Position numbers and translations under genes: made by a program. From contig JAZUQZ010000003.1 in assembly GCA_045626925.1 (NCBI GenBank), forward strand, positions 18,526 to 82,525: 64,000 nucleotides of DNA, written 5' to 3'. Position 1 is the first letter of the stretch, and every line of letters starts with the position of its first letter. This stretch comes from Candidatus Aphodoplasma sp. (GTDB lineage: Bacteria; Bacillota; Clostridia; UBA1381; UMGS1253). Under the pieces are notes generated by a model. The model saw only the letters and a list, made by a program, of their open reading frames with translations, had not been told where the DNA came from and searched no databases. Positions 9,889-20,261 of the stretch are shown here, piece after piece.

Positions 9889-10902
9889 TTAGTCATCGTA
9901 TCCGTTTGGATTATTTTTTTGCCAATTCCACGCATCACGGCACATATCTACGATTGTTCTTTTTGCTTCCCACCCAAGCTCATTTTTAGCTTTTGACGGG
10001 TCAGCATAACAAGTAACGACATCGCCCGGACGACGCGGTGCAAATTTATAATTTATTTTAAGCTCATTTGCCTGCTCAAACGCATTTACCAAATCAAGCA
10101 CACTGTAACCAATACCTGTGCCGAGATTGTGTATCATAACACCCTTTGTATTTTCAAGCTTTCTAAGTGCTTTCAAATGGCCGTCTGCAAGGTCAACAAC
10201 ATGGATATAGTCGCGCACACCGGTACCGTCCTTTGTTGGATAATCGTTTCCAAAAATGCTCAGCGCCTCAAGCTTTCCAAGTGCAACCTGGGTAATATAC
10301 GGCATAAGGTTGTTTGGTATACCCTTTGGATTTTCTCCTATGTTGCCGCTTTCGTGCGCGCCAACGGGGTTAAAGTACCTTAAAATAGATATTGCCCACT
10401 CCTTGTCGCTTGTTGACAAATCGGCAAGAATTTGTTCAATCATAAGTTTTGTCTGGCCATATGGGCTATTTGCCGATGTCGGCAAGTCTTCTGTAAGAGG
10501 CATCTTGTCGGTCATGCCATATACCGTTGCAGATGAGCTGAACACAATTTTTTTAACACCAAACTCCTGCATTACTTCCAAAAGGCACACCGTGCCTGAA
10601 ATATTATTTTCATAATATTTGAGCGGAAAGGCAACTGATTCACCAACTGCCTTCAAACCGGCAAAATGAATTACCGCATCGATTTTATTTTCTTTAAAAA
10701 TAGTACGCATACCTTCTTTATCAAGAATGTCGCACTCATAAAATTTTGTTTTTTTACCTGTAATTTTTTCTACTCTATCAAGTGATTTTGGACTACTGTT
10801 GGATAGATTATCTAAAACAACAACATCGTATCCTGCTTCTAAAAGAAGAACGCATGTGTGTGAACCTATATATCCTGCACCACCGGTAACTAAAATAGAC
10901 AT
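9889..10902 (-). CDS. galE: UDP-glucose 4-epimerase
   Basis: N-terminal [11 protein letters not shown] Rossmann motif, SDR catalytic YGQTK, 337 aa. Confidence 0.9.
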   Translation of the reverse strand: MSILVTGGAGYIGSHTCVLLLEAGYDVVVLDNLSNSSPKSLDRVEKITGKKTKFYECDILDKEGMRTIFKENKIDAVIHFAGLKAVGESVAFPLKYYENNISGTVCLLEVMQEFGVKKIVFSSSATVYGMTDKMPLTEDLPTSANSPYGQTKLMIEQILADLSTSDKEWAISILRYFNPVGAHESGNIGENPKGIPNNLMPYITQVALGKLEALSIFGNDYPTKDGTGVRDYIHVVDLADGHLKALRKLENTKGVMIHNLGTGIGYSVLDLVNAFEQANELKINYKFAPRRPGDVVTCYADPSKAKNELGWEAKRTIVDMCRDAWNWQKNNPNGYDD

Positions 10903-11138
10903 AAACTAATCTCCTCTCCTATACATTGCAAATATTATTTTTAATTTGCATTTACTACATTATAATATTTCTCGTGCCAAATATCAATACATAGGGGGCA
11001 AATAATTCTTTTTTCATAAAAATAGTTGCAATAGAAGTGTATATAGATTATAATTATTTTATAAAAATTATTTTATAAAATGATTTAAAATGAGTTGGTT
11101 ATAGCATAATATTGATTTATAAAACAGGGGTGTGTAAT

Positions 11139-12146
11139 ATGAAAATTATAGTAGACGCAATGGGCGGTGATTTTGCACCAAATCCGCAGATAGAGGGTAG
11201 CGTCCGCGCGGCAGAAGAGCTTGGTGTTGAGATTGTTTTAGTAGGAGACAGAGAGCTTATACAAAAAAAGCTTGATAATATGAGTTATACGGGTGATGCG
11301 ATAAGTATAGCTGATGCATCTGAGGTTATCACAAATGACGATGAGCCTGCGCGCGCAATCCGCAGAAAAAAGGACGCGTCGATTGTTGTTGCAGCAAATT
11401 TGCTTAAAAATGGTGAGGGCGATGGCCTTGTATCTACGGGTGCAACAGGCGGTGTCCTTGCAGCAGGGCTTTTAATAGTGGGGCGCATTGATGGTGTGTT
11501 AAGGCCTGCACTTGCACCGGTGCTTCCAACAGATAAGGGGCCTGCGATTTTGCTTGATTCCGGTGCAAACTCTGATTGCAAAGCGGCAAATCTTGTCCAG
11601 TTTGGCATTATGGGAAGCGTATACGCAAACAAAGTGCTTGGCAAAGAGAATCCGCGTGTTGCAATTGTAAACATTGGTGCAGAGGAGCATAAAGGAAATG
11701 AATTGACACGCGAGGCATATAATTTATTAAAAGAAGCACCGATAAACTTTGTCGGCAATATTGAAGGACGAGAGATTATGGATGGCGATGTCGATGTAAT
11801 TGTGTGCGACGGCTTTGTCGGGAATGTGATTTTAAAGCTTACGGAGGGACTTGCGTCGACGCTTTTACGAAACATAAAGTCAATGTTTATGAAAAATATC
11901 ATGACAAAGATTAGTGCACTTATTATGAAGGGCTCGTTTGCAGAGTTTAAAAAGAAGATGGATTATTCAGAGCACGGCGGAGCTTTATTCTTGGGTTTGA
12001 AGCATCCGGTAGTAAAGGGGCATGGTTCATCGGATGCAAAGGCAGTATACTCTGCAATAAAGCAGGCAGTAACATTTGTGTCGACCGGCGTTGTAGACAA
12101 GATTAAAAACGATTTGCAAAAAGAAGAAGAAAATAAAGAGTTTTAA
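11139..12146 (+). CDS. plsX: Phosphate acyltransferase
   Basis: MKIIVDAMGGDFAP N-terminus and GFVGNV motif; followed by acpP. Confidence 0.9.
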   Translation: MKIIVDAMGGDFAPNPQIEGSVRAAEELGVEIVLVGDRELIQKKLDNMSYTGDAISIADASEVITNDDEPARAIRRKKDASIVVAANLLKNGEGDGLVSTGATGGVLAAGLLIVGRIDGVLRPALAPVLPTDKGPAILLDSGANSDCKAANLVQFGIMGSVYANKVLGKENPRVAIVNIGAEEHKGNELTREAYNLLKEAPINFVGNIEGREIMDGDVDVIVCDGFVGNVILKLTEGLASTLLRNIKSMFMKNIMTKISALIMKGSFAEFKKKMDYSEHGGALFLGLKHPVVKGHGSSDAKAVYSAIKQAVTFVSTGVVDKIKNDLQKEEENKEF

Positions 12147-12268
12147 TGTAGATATAGTTGGGTATATAAATATTATATAGGCAAATGCCTACGCTTGTAT
12201 AATTAAAGAGAGTTGTCTTTATTTAAATATTTTTTTATATAGGACAATTGGAAGGGGGGTGACGGCAT

Positions 12269-12493
12269 ATGTTCGAAAAGATTAAAGCGATTATTGTTGA
12301 CCAGCTTGGAGTAGAAGAAAGTGCAGTTACAATGGAGGCGTCGTTTCTAGAGGATTTGGGTGCTGATTCGTTGGATATCGTCGAGCTTATAATGGCTATT
12401 GAGGAGGAGTTTGATATAGAAATTCCTGATGAAGAAGCAGAAAATATTTCTACAGTAGGCGATGCGGTGAATTTTATTTCAAAAATTGCGTAA
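12269..12493 (+). CDS. acpP: Acyl carrier protein
   Basis: [11 protein letters not shown] phosphopantetheine attachment Ser, 74 aa, acidic. Confidence 0.95.
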   Translation: MFEKIKAIIVDQLGVEESAVTMEASFLEDLGADSLDIVELIMAIEEEFDIEIPDEEAENISTVGDAVNFISKIA

Positions 12494-12501
12494 GATACTT
12501 T

Positions 12502-12556
12502 GCACGCGGCGAAAGGGAGATGAATTTCTTTTTCGTCGCGAGAAAGTGCTTTTTTT
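12502..12556 (+). terminator. Intrinsic terminator after acpP
   Basis: CGCGGCGAAA (12505-12514) / TTTCGTCGCG (12531-12540), extended by GCAC/GTGC, followed by a T7 run (12550-12556). Confidence 0.75.
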
Positions 12557-12657
12557 GTTTATTCTGCAATTTTTATCCAAAAACGAATCTATGTGTTGTA
12601 TAGAAAAAGAAAATCAGCGGATAATACAATGTGTTAATAAAGCAGGGAGCGGTTTTT

Positions 12658-13362
12658 ATGGGCATTTCGGGTATAGATTTAAATGGATTTGAAAATAAAA
12701 TAGGGTACGAATTTAAAAATAAGGAGCTGCTTATACGCGCGCTTTCGCACACATCATATATAAATGAGCACAAAATGGCGAAGCACGAGAGCAACGAACG
12801 CCTCGAATTTTTGGGTGATGCAATCGTTGATATGGTTGTTAGTGAGTATTTGTATAAAAACTATTCCACCCAGCCGGAAGGCGTGCTTACAAAATGGAGA
12901 GCGAGCGTAGTTTGTGAGGCTTCTTTTGCACATATTGCAAAGGAGCTTGATTATGGAAAATATCTTCTTTTAGGAAAAGGCGAAGAAACGACGGGTGGAC
13001 GGATGCGTTCGTCGGTACTTGCTGATGCTTTTGAATCGGTTGTTGCGGCAATGTATCTTGACAGTGATATAAAAACTGTTTCAAAATGGATTATATCAAA
13101 AATTGAGGCTGAGATTGTACTTGCCACGCAAGGAAAAACTCAAAAAGATTATAAAACTCTTTTGCAAGAGCATGTCCAAAAGGGCGATCATGGAAAGGTA
13201 GCATATGAAATTGTAAATGAAAACGGCCCGGACCACGCAAAGACATTTAGTGCGGAGGTTTTAATTGATGGCGAGCGAATTGCAGTTGGTGTAGGTACGA
13301 GTAAAAAAGATGCAGAACAAGCCGCCGCAGGAGAAGCCCTAAAGATTATTCTGGCAAAATAG
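12658..13362 (+). CDS. rnc: Ribonuclease III
   Basis: ERLEFLGDA signature; C-terminal dsRBD (GPDHAKTF...GTSKKDAEQAAA). Start at ATG 12658. Confidence 0.95.
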   Translation: MGISGIDLNGFENKIGYEFKNKELLIRALSHTSYINEHKMAKHESNERLEFLGDAIVDMVVSEYLYKNYSTQPEGVLTKWRASVVCEASFAHIAKELDYGKYLLLGKGEETTGGRMRSSVLADAFESVVAAMYLDSDIKTVSKWIISKIEAEIVLATQGKTQKDYKTLLQEHVQKGDHGKVAYEIVNENGPDHAKTFSAEVLIDGERIAVGVGTSKKDAEQAAAGEALKIILAK

Positions 13363-13373
13363 CCTATATATAA

Positions 13374-13411
13374 AAAGACCGTATTACACTTTTTTGTGTG
13401 CTACGGTCTTT
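13374..13411 (+). terminator. Hairpin after rnc (terminator-like)
   Basis: AAAGACCGTA (13374-13383) / TACGGTCTTT (13402-13411). The T tail is interrupted (TGATGCTTTTT). Confidence 0.5.
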
Positions 13412-13502
13412 GATGCTTTTTGTTGAAATCATTGACAAAAAAGGCAATAATTTATATAATTATTTAGGTATAAAAACGCTATTATATAAGGGGGCGAGCC
13501 AT

Positions 13503-14498
13503 GTGAGAAAAGTTAATATTCCAATATTTGTATCGCATAGAGGATGCCCGCACGATTGTGTATTTTGTAACCAAAAACGCATCACGGGTCAAAGCGGCTC
13601 GGTGACGCCCTCTCAGGCAGATGGTACAATAAAAGAAGCGCTGTCTACAATTGATAAAAACAACACCATGGTTGAAATTGCTTTCTTTGGCGGAAGTTTT
13701 ACAGCTATACCGATTTGTGAACAAAGGGCGCTTTTAGAGATTGCATATAAATACATAAAAGACAAAAGTGCAGATGGAATACGCCTTTCGACTCGACCTG
13801 ATTGTATAAACAAAGAGGAGCTTGATATGTTAAAAGGCTATGGGGTTACGAGTATTGAGCTTGGTGTCCAGTCGACTGATGATGAGGTTTTGTTAAAAAG
13901 CAGGCGCGGTCATAGCTTTGAGGATGTAAAAAAAGCATCAAAGCTTATAAACGATTATGGGTTTGAGCTTGGGCTTCAAATGATGCTTGGCTTGCCGGGC
14001 GATACAAAAGAAAAGTCGCTTAAAACAGCAAGCGATATAGTCTCGCTTTGTCCAAAGACAACACGGATATATCCTACGATAGTTATACGCGACAGTGCAC
14101 TTGCACTTATGTATGAGCGTGGAGAATACAGACCGCTTACGCTTGAAGAAGCGGTGGATACTGTTGCTCAGATATATACTCTTTTTAAAAACAACGGGAT
14201 AGAGATTTTGCGTATGGGGCTTATGGCATCGGAGGATATGTGTGAGGGGCGCGGCATTATAGCGGGTCCGTTTCATCCGTCGTTTGGAGAGCTTGTGCTC
14301 TCGAGAATATTTTTAAACAAGATGCGAGAAATTGTGCGCGACAAAAATGAAAATATGATTGTTTTATATGTTAACCCGCACGATTTGTCAAAAGCTATTG
14401 GCAATAAGAGGCAAAACATAAAAATGCTTGAAAAGGAAAAAGGTGTAAAGATTAAGCTAAAGTGTGATGAAAATATTGAATGTGGAAAAATTTTGTGA
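13503..14498 (+). CDS. Radical SAM protein (ELP3-like core, no GNAT domain)
   Basis: CPHDCVFCNQ CxxxCxxC cluster near the N-terminus. GTG start 13503 after AAGGGGG SD. Sits between rnc and smc. Confidence 0.8.
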   Translation: MRKVNIPIFVSHRGCPHDCVFCNQKRITGQSGSVTPSQADGTIKEALSTIDKNNTMVEIAFFGGSFTAIPICEQRALLEIAYKYIKDKSADGIRLSTRPDCINKEELDMLKGYGVTSIELGVQSTDDEVLLKSRRGHSFEDVKKASKLINDYGFELGLQMMLGLPGDTKEKSLKTASDIVSLCPKTTRIYPTIVIRDSALALMYERGEYRPLTLEEAVDTVAQIYTLFKNNGIEILRMGLMASEDMCEGRGIIAGPFHPSFGELVLSRIFLNKMREIVRDKNENMIVLYVNPHDLSKAIGNKRQNIKMLEKEKGVKIKLKCDENIECGKIL

Positions 14499-14554
14499 TA
14501 TAATTGTTGCATGTTAAATTCTGATTTCCAACGAGAAAAAGGAGAAAAAGCTTT

Positions 14555-15436
14555 ATGGTAAAAGAAATTACGAAAGGTGCTCTTTTGATAATTAAAAAGA
14601 TGCAACAAAATGAAATTACAGAAAGTGTTGTGTATAAAAAAATGGCACAATTTGCAAAAGGGGAGGAAAATAAGAGGGTTTTACTTCGCCTTTCGGAAGA
14701 GGAAAAAGCGCATTATGAAATATGGAAAGATTACACTGGCATAGAGATGCAACCCAACAAATTCAAGGTGTTTAAATATGGACTTATTGCCCGCATATTT
14801 GGCTTTACATTTGCGGTCAAGCTTATGGAATCGGGCGAAAAAAATGCACAAAATGAATATGAGCAGCTTGCCAAAGAGATTGAGGAAAGCGTAGCCATAA
14901 AAGCACAGGAAGAAGAACATGAGGAAGCCCTTCTTAATATGCTTGACGAAGAAAGATTACAGTATGTGGGCAGTATGGTTCTTGGCATGAATGATGCTTT
15001 GGTTGAGCTCACAGGCTCGTTGGCAGGGTTTACATTTGCAATGCAGAATACAAGACTGATAGCGTTGTCGGGACTTATTATTGGCATTTCTGCTACTTTT
15101 TCTATGGCGTCGAGCGAGTTTTTAGCGGCAAGAAGCGAGGGTAAAAGCGATGCGATGAAATCCTGTTTATATACAGGTGTTGCATATTTGATAACAGTTG
15201 TTTTGCTGATTGCCCCATATCTTATTTTGGATAAATCGCAATTTATGCTTGCACTTTTGTTTATGATTCTTACAGTCATTTTGATTATTGCAGGCTTTAC
15301 ATATTACATATCGGTGGCACAAGGGCACAAGTTCTGTCCACGATTTTTAGAAATGACAGCAATCAGCGTGTCTGTTGCAGTGTTGTCCTTCTTTGTTGGT
15401 ATTGCAGCAAAGTATTTCTTAGGCGTGGAAATATGA
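14555..15436 (+). CDS. Ferritin-like domain fused to VIT1/CCC1-family metal transporter
   Basis: Two ExxH di-iron-type motifs (EEKAHYEIW, QEEEHEEAL), followed by multi-TM VIT-like C-terminal half. Confidence 0.7.
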   Translation: MVKEITKGALLIIKKMQQNEITESVVYKKMAQFAKGEENKRVLLRLSEEEKAHYEIWKDYTGIEMQPNKFKVFKYGLIARIFGFTFAVKLMESGEKNAQNEYEQLAKEIEESVAIKAQEEEHEEALLNMLDEERLQYVGSMVLGMNDALVELTGSLAGFTFAMQNTRLIALSGLIIGISATFSMASSEFLAARSEGKSDAMKSCLYTGVAYLITVVLLIAPYLILDKSQFMLALLFMILTVILIIAGFTYYISVAQGHKFCPRFLEMTAISVSVAVLSFFVGIAAKYFLGVEI

Positions 15437-15531
15437 TTTGTTGCACTGGGTATCTATATTGTGCATAAAACATAATTGACAAATATATATAAAAAATAAA
15501 AATATAAGTATAAAAAATAAGGAGTCGTAAT

Positions 15532-16620
15532 ATGAAGTACTCAGAACAATTTTTATCAAAAAAAGAAATTATTCAAAACAAAACCGTAAGCATAGGCTTT
15601 GATGGGTTTGTGGACTTGCTTATTCATCCTATCAAAACGAGAATTGATGAGCAAAATTGTACATATTATCCTGACATTAAAGAGTTTGGAGAAAAAATTA
15701 CAAGCCTTGCAGGCAGAAGCGGCAACATAGAGCTTGCTATTGAGAGGACGGACTTTGGCGGATGTGGTCCTCACTATGCAAACGGTCTTGCAAATATGGG
15801 CGTATCATGCACATGCGTAGGAGCTATGGGATATCCTGAAAAGCATCCTGTTTTTGATTTAAACCCAAACTGTAAAACAATAACGATAAGTGAGCCGGGT
15901 TATTCGTATCTTTTCGAGTTTGAAGATGGAAAGGTAATGATGAGTGACCTTGAAAAAATCAGTCGTCTTACATGGAATGATTTAATCGATCGCATAAGTG
16001 TTGATGAGCTTGTGAAGATATTTGATGATGCAGATATTATTACGCTTGTAAACTGGAGCTATTTTGTGCATTTTCATGAGATATATGAAAAGTTTTTAGA
16101 GCTTGTTATGCCGCGTCTTTCAAAGAGAGACAGAAAGATATATATCGATATTGCCGATTGTGCAAAGCGTCAGCCGAGTGAGATTAAAGCAGCACTAAAA
16201 TTGTTCGGCAAATATAACGAGTATGCTCCTACCCATCTTGGTCTAAATAAGAGCGAGGCTATGGTTATGCATTCTGTTTTGGGCGAGGGAGAATATAGTG
16301 GCTCACTACCGATTGCAAGACTTATAAAAGAATATTCGGGCATTGGTACAGTAATTATCCACCCTGTTGACAGCTCGGCGGCAGTATATGATGGTGGAGA
16401 GGTTGAAGTACAGGGTATAGTATGTGAAAAGCCGAAAAAGACGACCGGCGGTGGAGATAATTTTAACAGTGGTTTTTGTGCAGGCCTTTTGGGCGGACTT
16501 GATATAAAGAGTTGTCTTATAAGCGGCATGTCCACTTCATATTTGTATGTTAAAAACGGACATTGCAATAGCTTTGATGAGATAGCCGAAACTATGAAAA
16601 TGTACGATGATAGAGATTGA
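15532..16620 (+). CDS. Ribokinase-superfamily (PfkB / ADP-dependent kinase-like) carbohydrate kinase
   Basis: C-terminal TTGGGDNFNSGF anion-hole/catalytic Asp motif and N-terminal GFDGFVD strand. Substrate not inferable. Confidence 0.6.
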   Translation: MKYSEQFLSKKEIIQNKTVSIGFDGFVDLLIHPIKTRIDEQNCTYYPDIKEFGEKITSLAGRSGNIELAIERTDFGGCGPHYANGLANMGVSCTCVGAMGYPEKHPVFDLNPNCKTITISEPGYSYLFEFEDGKVMMSDLEKISRLTWNDLIDRISVDELVKIFDDADIITLVNWSYFVHFHEIYEKFLELVMPRLSKRDRKIYIDIADCAKRQPSEIKAALKLFGKYNEYAPTHLGLNKSEAMVMHSVLGEGEYSGSLPIARLIKEYSGIGTVIIHPVDSSAAVYDGGEVEVQGIVCEKPKKTTGGGDNFNSGFCAGLLGGLDIKSCLISGMSTSYLYVKNGHCNSFDEIAETMKMYDDRD

Positions 16621-16663
16621 TAAAGCATAGGCATATAATGTTTATGCAAAAGGAGAGAGAAGC

Positions 16664-19600
16664 TTGTATTTAAAAGGGATAGAGCTTAATGGCTTTAAAT
16701 CGTTTGCCGACAAAACACTATTAACATTTGAGCCGGGTATCACATCGGTTGTCGGCCCTAATGGAAGTGGAAAAAGCAATATTTCTGACGCTATACGCTG
16801 GGTTATGGGCGAAATGAGCGCAAAAAGCCTTCGTGGTTCAAACATGCAGGATGTTATTTTTGCGGGCACACAAGCAAGAAAGCCCCTCGGATTTGCGCAG
16901 GTAAGCATTACACTTGATAATACAGACAGGGCACTCGACATAGATTATAGCGAGGTTACAGTAACAAGACGCGTGTATCGCTCAGGCGAGAGTGAATATT
17001 ATATAAATGGTGCGGCATGTCGTTTGCGTGATATACATGAGCTTTTTATGGATACGGGACTTGGGCGCGACGGTTATTCGATTATAGGTCAAGGCAAGGT
17101 AAACGAGATTATATCAGGCAGAGCCGATGACAGACGATACATATTTGATGAAGCGGCAGGCATATCAAAATATCGCCACAGAAAAGATGAGGCAGAACGC
17201 AAGCTTCTTAATACAGAGGATAATCTTGTACGCATAAATGATATTGTGACCGAGCTTTCGGGACAGCTTGAGCCGCTTTTAAAGCAGTCACAAAAGGCGA
17301 AAAAATACCTTGATTTGCGCGAGGAAATGAAAAAGCTTGAAGTGAATGTTTTTATGCAAACAGTCGACAAGCTAAAACGCGATATTGCTGAAACTGATGA
17401 GAAGTTTAAAATAGTTACAGAGCAGTTTTTAAAAATTGAGGCGGAAAATAAAAAGGGCGACGAAGAAATTGACAGATTAAACGAGTTGGCTGATTCGCTC
17501 GACAATGAAATTGAACAAAAAAGACTCGAAGGCTCTGATACAGAGGTTAATATCAAGGGCTTTTTAGGCGATATTGATTTGCTTAAAAATAATATTGCAT
17601 CAAATGAACAGCTTATTGGCCGCATCGAAAATGAAATTGATTCATGGAATAAAAAGATTGAGGAGTTTGATATAGCTACAAAGCTTTTGGACGAGCAAAA
17701 AGCACAAAAGCTTGAGAGTGTTAGTGCGTTGCGTACACAAGCAGACGAGATAAGTGCAAAGAGTGACGAAATGACAGAGCGTGTACGCATGATTAGCGAT
17801 AGTATAAATTCGATAAAGGCAGATATTATAGAGTGCTTAAATGACATATCGACACAAAAATCGCGCATAAGCTCACTTGAGGCATTTAAAAAGAGCTTTG
17901 CAGAGCGTAAAGATGCTATTGAAGTGCAAAAAGAAAGCATGGGGGCAGAGCTTGAACAAATAGAGGCTATGCTTGCAAAGAATATGGCCGATTTTGATGC
18001 TGCGCAAAAGCAGGCAAAAGAGGGCAAAAAAGCTTTTCAAGAGATTGAAACACAGGTTTTTGAGCTTGAAAACAGTGCTTTGAAAATTAAAACAGATACA
18101 GAAAATAAAGCTACACAGCTTTCTCGCCAGATATCCCAGCTCAATATGCTTCGCGAGATGGAGCGTGATTTTGAAGGCTTTGCAAAGAGCGTAAAGAGCA
18201 TTTTGACCGCATACGATAATGGAAAGCTTAAAAGTGCAAAGGTGTATGGCGCACTATCGTCGCTACTTGATGTGCCGACGGAGTATGTGACTGCAATTGA
18301 GGCACTTTTGGGTAATGCGTTGCAAAATGTTGTGGTAGAAGATGAACAGGATGCAAAAACTGCGATTGGGTATTTAAAAGAGAATAATTTGGGACGCGTT
18401 ACATTTATGCCTGTTTCTTCTATAAACGGACGCGAGCTTGAAAATAAAAAAGAGGTCAGCACACAAAAAGGATATATCGGCATAGCAAGCGAGCTTGTAA
18501 AAAACAACTCGCGCTATGACGGAGTTATAAAGAGTCTTCTTGGACGAAGCGTTGTTGTTGAAACGATTGATGATGCGATTTTAATTAGCAAGCACTTTGG
18601 ATATAAGTTTCGCATAGTAACGCTTGAGGGCGAGCTTTTTAACGCAGGCGGTTCGATTACCGGCGGAAGTATGAACAAATCGACAGGCATTTTGAGTCGT
18701 GCATCGCAGATTAAAAAGCTTGAGGCTCAAAGTGCACAGACGAAGAAAGAGCTTGCTGTATTAGAACGCGAGCTGCAATTGACAGATGAAAAGCTTAGTG
18801 CACTTTATGCACAAAGAAAGGGCACAGATATCCTTGTAAGAGGAGCAGAGCAGGAGCTTGTGCGTGCAAATGCAGAGCTTGAACATACACGCCAGATGGC
18901 AGAAGCTAAAAAGCAATCGGGCGAGTCTATGGAAAGCGAGCTTATGCAGCTTGCAGAGCAGATTAGTGATACAAATGAGCAGCTTGCAGAGCTTATAAAC
19001 CAGACTACAAAGGCAGAGCTTGAGATAGACAATAAAAATGCAGAGGCAGCCCAAAAGGAAAAAGAGCTTGAATCAATTGATACAGAGCGTATAAGCCTTG
19101 CAGAAGCACTTAATGAAAAAAATATAGCGCTTGTTGCTGCACAAAAGGATGTTGCAGCGATAGAATACCGCATTGGAGAAAACAAATCGCAAAAAGAAGC
19201 GGCATACGATGAAATTAAAGCAAAGGAAAACGATATAGAAGAAACCAAATCGAAAACTGAGCAGATTCTTTTGCAGATTGGTGAAAAGGAAAAAGAGATT
19301 GAAAACGAAAAGGAAAAAACATCATCAATTTCAAAGATGGTGGAAGAGCTTATAACAAAGAGAGACGATGCACGCAAACGCATACGCGAAAGCCTTGATG
19401 AAGGCAAAGAAACACGCGAGAAGATGTATGCTTTAAAAGAGGAGCAAAACAGAATTGATAATAAGCGTGTAAAAATTGAGTCAGAGCTTGATAATATAAC
19501 CACAAAAATGTGGGAAGAATATGAAGTGACATATATTAGTGCAAAGGAATATGAAGCGGATATCGGACCTATAAGCACGGCAAAATCACGCATAGGTGAG

Positions 19601-20236
19601 CTTCGGGGCAATATACGCGCACTTGGGAATGTTAATGTTGACGCTATTGAAGAATATGCAAGTGTGCGTGAGCGTTATGACTTTTTGTCAAACCAGCAAA
19701 ATGATTTGCAAGAGGCAAAACAAAGCCTTGAAAAGCTGATTGAGTCGATACAAGAGAAGATGAAAAAGCAGTTTAAGGAGCAGTTTGAGATTATTAACAA
19801 AAAATTCTCTGCTACTTTTAGCGAGCTATTTGGTGGTGGCAGGGCGGAACTGCGCCTTACTGATCCGACAGATATACTTGGCAGTGGTGTCGAAATCGAT
19901 GCACAACCACCAGGCAAAAAGCTTCAGAATTTGTCACTCTTGTCGGGTGGAGAGATGGCATTTACTGCGATTGCACTTTTGTTTGCCATATTAAAAGTGC
20001 GCCCTACACCGTTTTGTGTTCTTGATGAGATTGAGGCAGCACTTGACGAATCGAATGTATATCGTTTTGCTGATTATGTAAAAAAGCACAGTGGCAAGAC
20101 ACAGTTTATATTAGTGACACACAGGCGTGGCACAATGGAGTCGGCAGACCTTTTGTATGGGGTAACCATGCAGGAAAAGGGTGTGTCAAAGTTGCTTGCA
20201 TTAAAGCTTGACGAGGCTATAAAAATCAATCGTTAA
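16664..20236 (+). CDS. smc: Chromosome segregation protein SMC
   Basis: Walker A GPNGSGKSN, long coiled coils with central hinge, signature LSGGE, Walker B FCVLDEIEAALD. TTG start. Confidence 0.97.
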   Translation: MYLKGIELNGFKSFADKTLLTFEPGITSVVGPNGSGKSNISDAIRWVMGEMSAKSLRGSNMQDVIFAGTQARKPLGFAQVSITLDNTDRALDIDYSEVTVTRRVYRSGESEYYINGAACRLRDIHELFMDTGLGRDGYSIIGQGKVNEIISGRADDRRYIFDEAAGISKYRHRKDEAERKLLNTEDNLVRINDIVTELSGQLEPLLKQSQKAKKYLDLREEMKKLEVNVFMQTVDKLKRDIAETDEKFKIVTEQFLKIEAENKKGDEEIDRLNELADSLDNEIEQKRLEGSDTEVNIKGFLGDIDLLKNNIASNEQLIGRIENEIDSWNKKIEEFDIATKLLDEQKAQKLESVSALRTQADEISAKSDEMTERVRMISDSINSIKADIIECLNDISTQKSRISSLEAFKKSFAERKDAIEVQKESMGAELEQIEAMLAKNMADFDAAQKQAKEGKKAFQEIETQVFELENSALKIKTDTENKATQLSRQISQLNMLREMERDFEGFAKSVKSILTAYDNGKLKSAKVYGALSSLLDVPTEYVTAIEALLGNALQNVVVEDEQDAKTAIGYLKENNLGRVTFMPVSSINGRELENKKEVSTQKGYIGIASELVKNNSRYDGVIKSLLGRSVVVETIDDAILISKHFGYKFRIVTLEGELFNAGGSITGGSMNKSTGILSRASQIKKLEAQSAQTKKELAVLERELQLTDEKLSALYAQRKGTDILVRGAEQELVRANAELEHTRQMAEAKKQSGESMESELMQLAEQISDTNEQLAELINQTTKAELEIDNKNAEAAQKEKELESIDTERISLAEALNEKNIALVAAQKDVAAIEYRIGENKSQKEAAYDEIKAKENDIEETKSKTEQILLQIGEKEKEIENEKEKTSSISKMVEELITKRDDARKRIRESLDEGKETREKMYALKEEQNRIDNKRVKIESELDNITTKMWEEYEVTYISAKEYEADIGPISTAKSRIGELRGNIRALGNVNVDAIEEYASVRERYDFLSNQQNDLQEAKQSLEKLIESIQEKMKKQFKEQFEIINKKFSATFSELFGGGRAELRLTDPTDILGSGVEIDAQPPGKKLQNLSLLSGGEMAFTAIALLFAILKVRPTPFCVLDEIEAALDESNVYRFADYVKKHSGKTQFILVTHRRGTMESADLLYGVTMQEKGVSKLLALKLDEAIKINR

Positions 20237-20261
20237 ATTATGACCGGAGGAATATGTTTGA

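Noticed and set aside
10925-10960. Inverted repeat ATTGCAAAT...ATTTGCAT just upstream of galE as a possible Gal/LacI-type operator
   Set aside because: It is imperfect, very AT-rich and a single copy in an AT-rich divergent promoter region. This is not enough evidence to call a site.
11285-11902. 205-aa antisense ORF within plsX. Similar antisense ORFs lie within glyQS (25429-26103), pyrC (6643-7095), hisF (46659-47093) and the BY-kinase gene (58635-59237).
   Set aside because: Each overlaps a confidently identified sense gene, lacks a ribosome-binding site and encodes low-complexity sequence.
12486-12692. 68-aa ORF in the acpP-rnc spacer
   Set aside because: It starts inside the acpP stop region, runs through the acpP terminator hairpin, and has no SD. 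rnc begins at 12658 in another frame.
17089-19611. Long minus-strand ORFs (312, 156, 268 aa) inside smc
   Set aside because: They are Ser/Phe/Ile-rich antisense translations of the Glu/Lys/Leu-rich SMC coiled coil, a typical artefact. They have no SD sequences.
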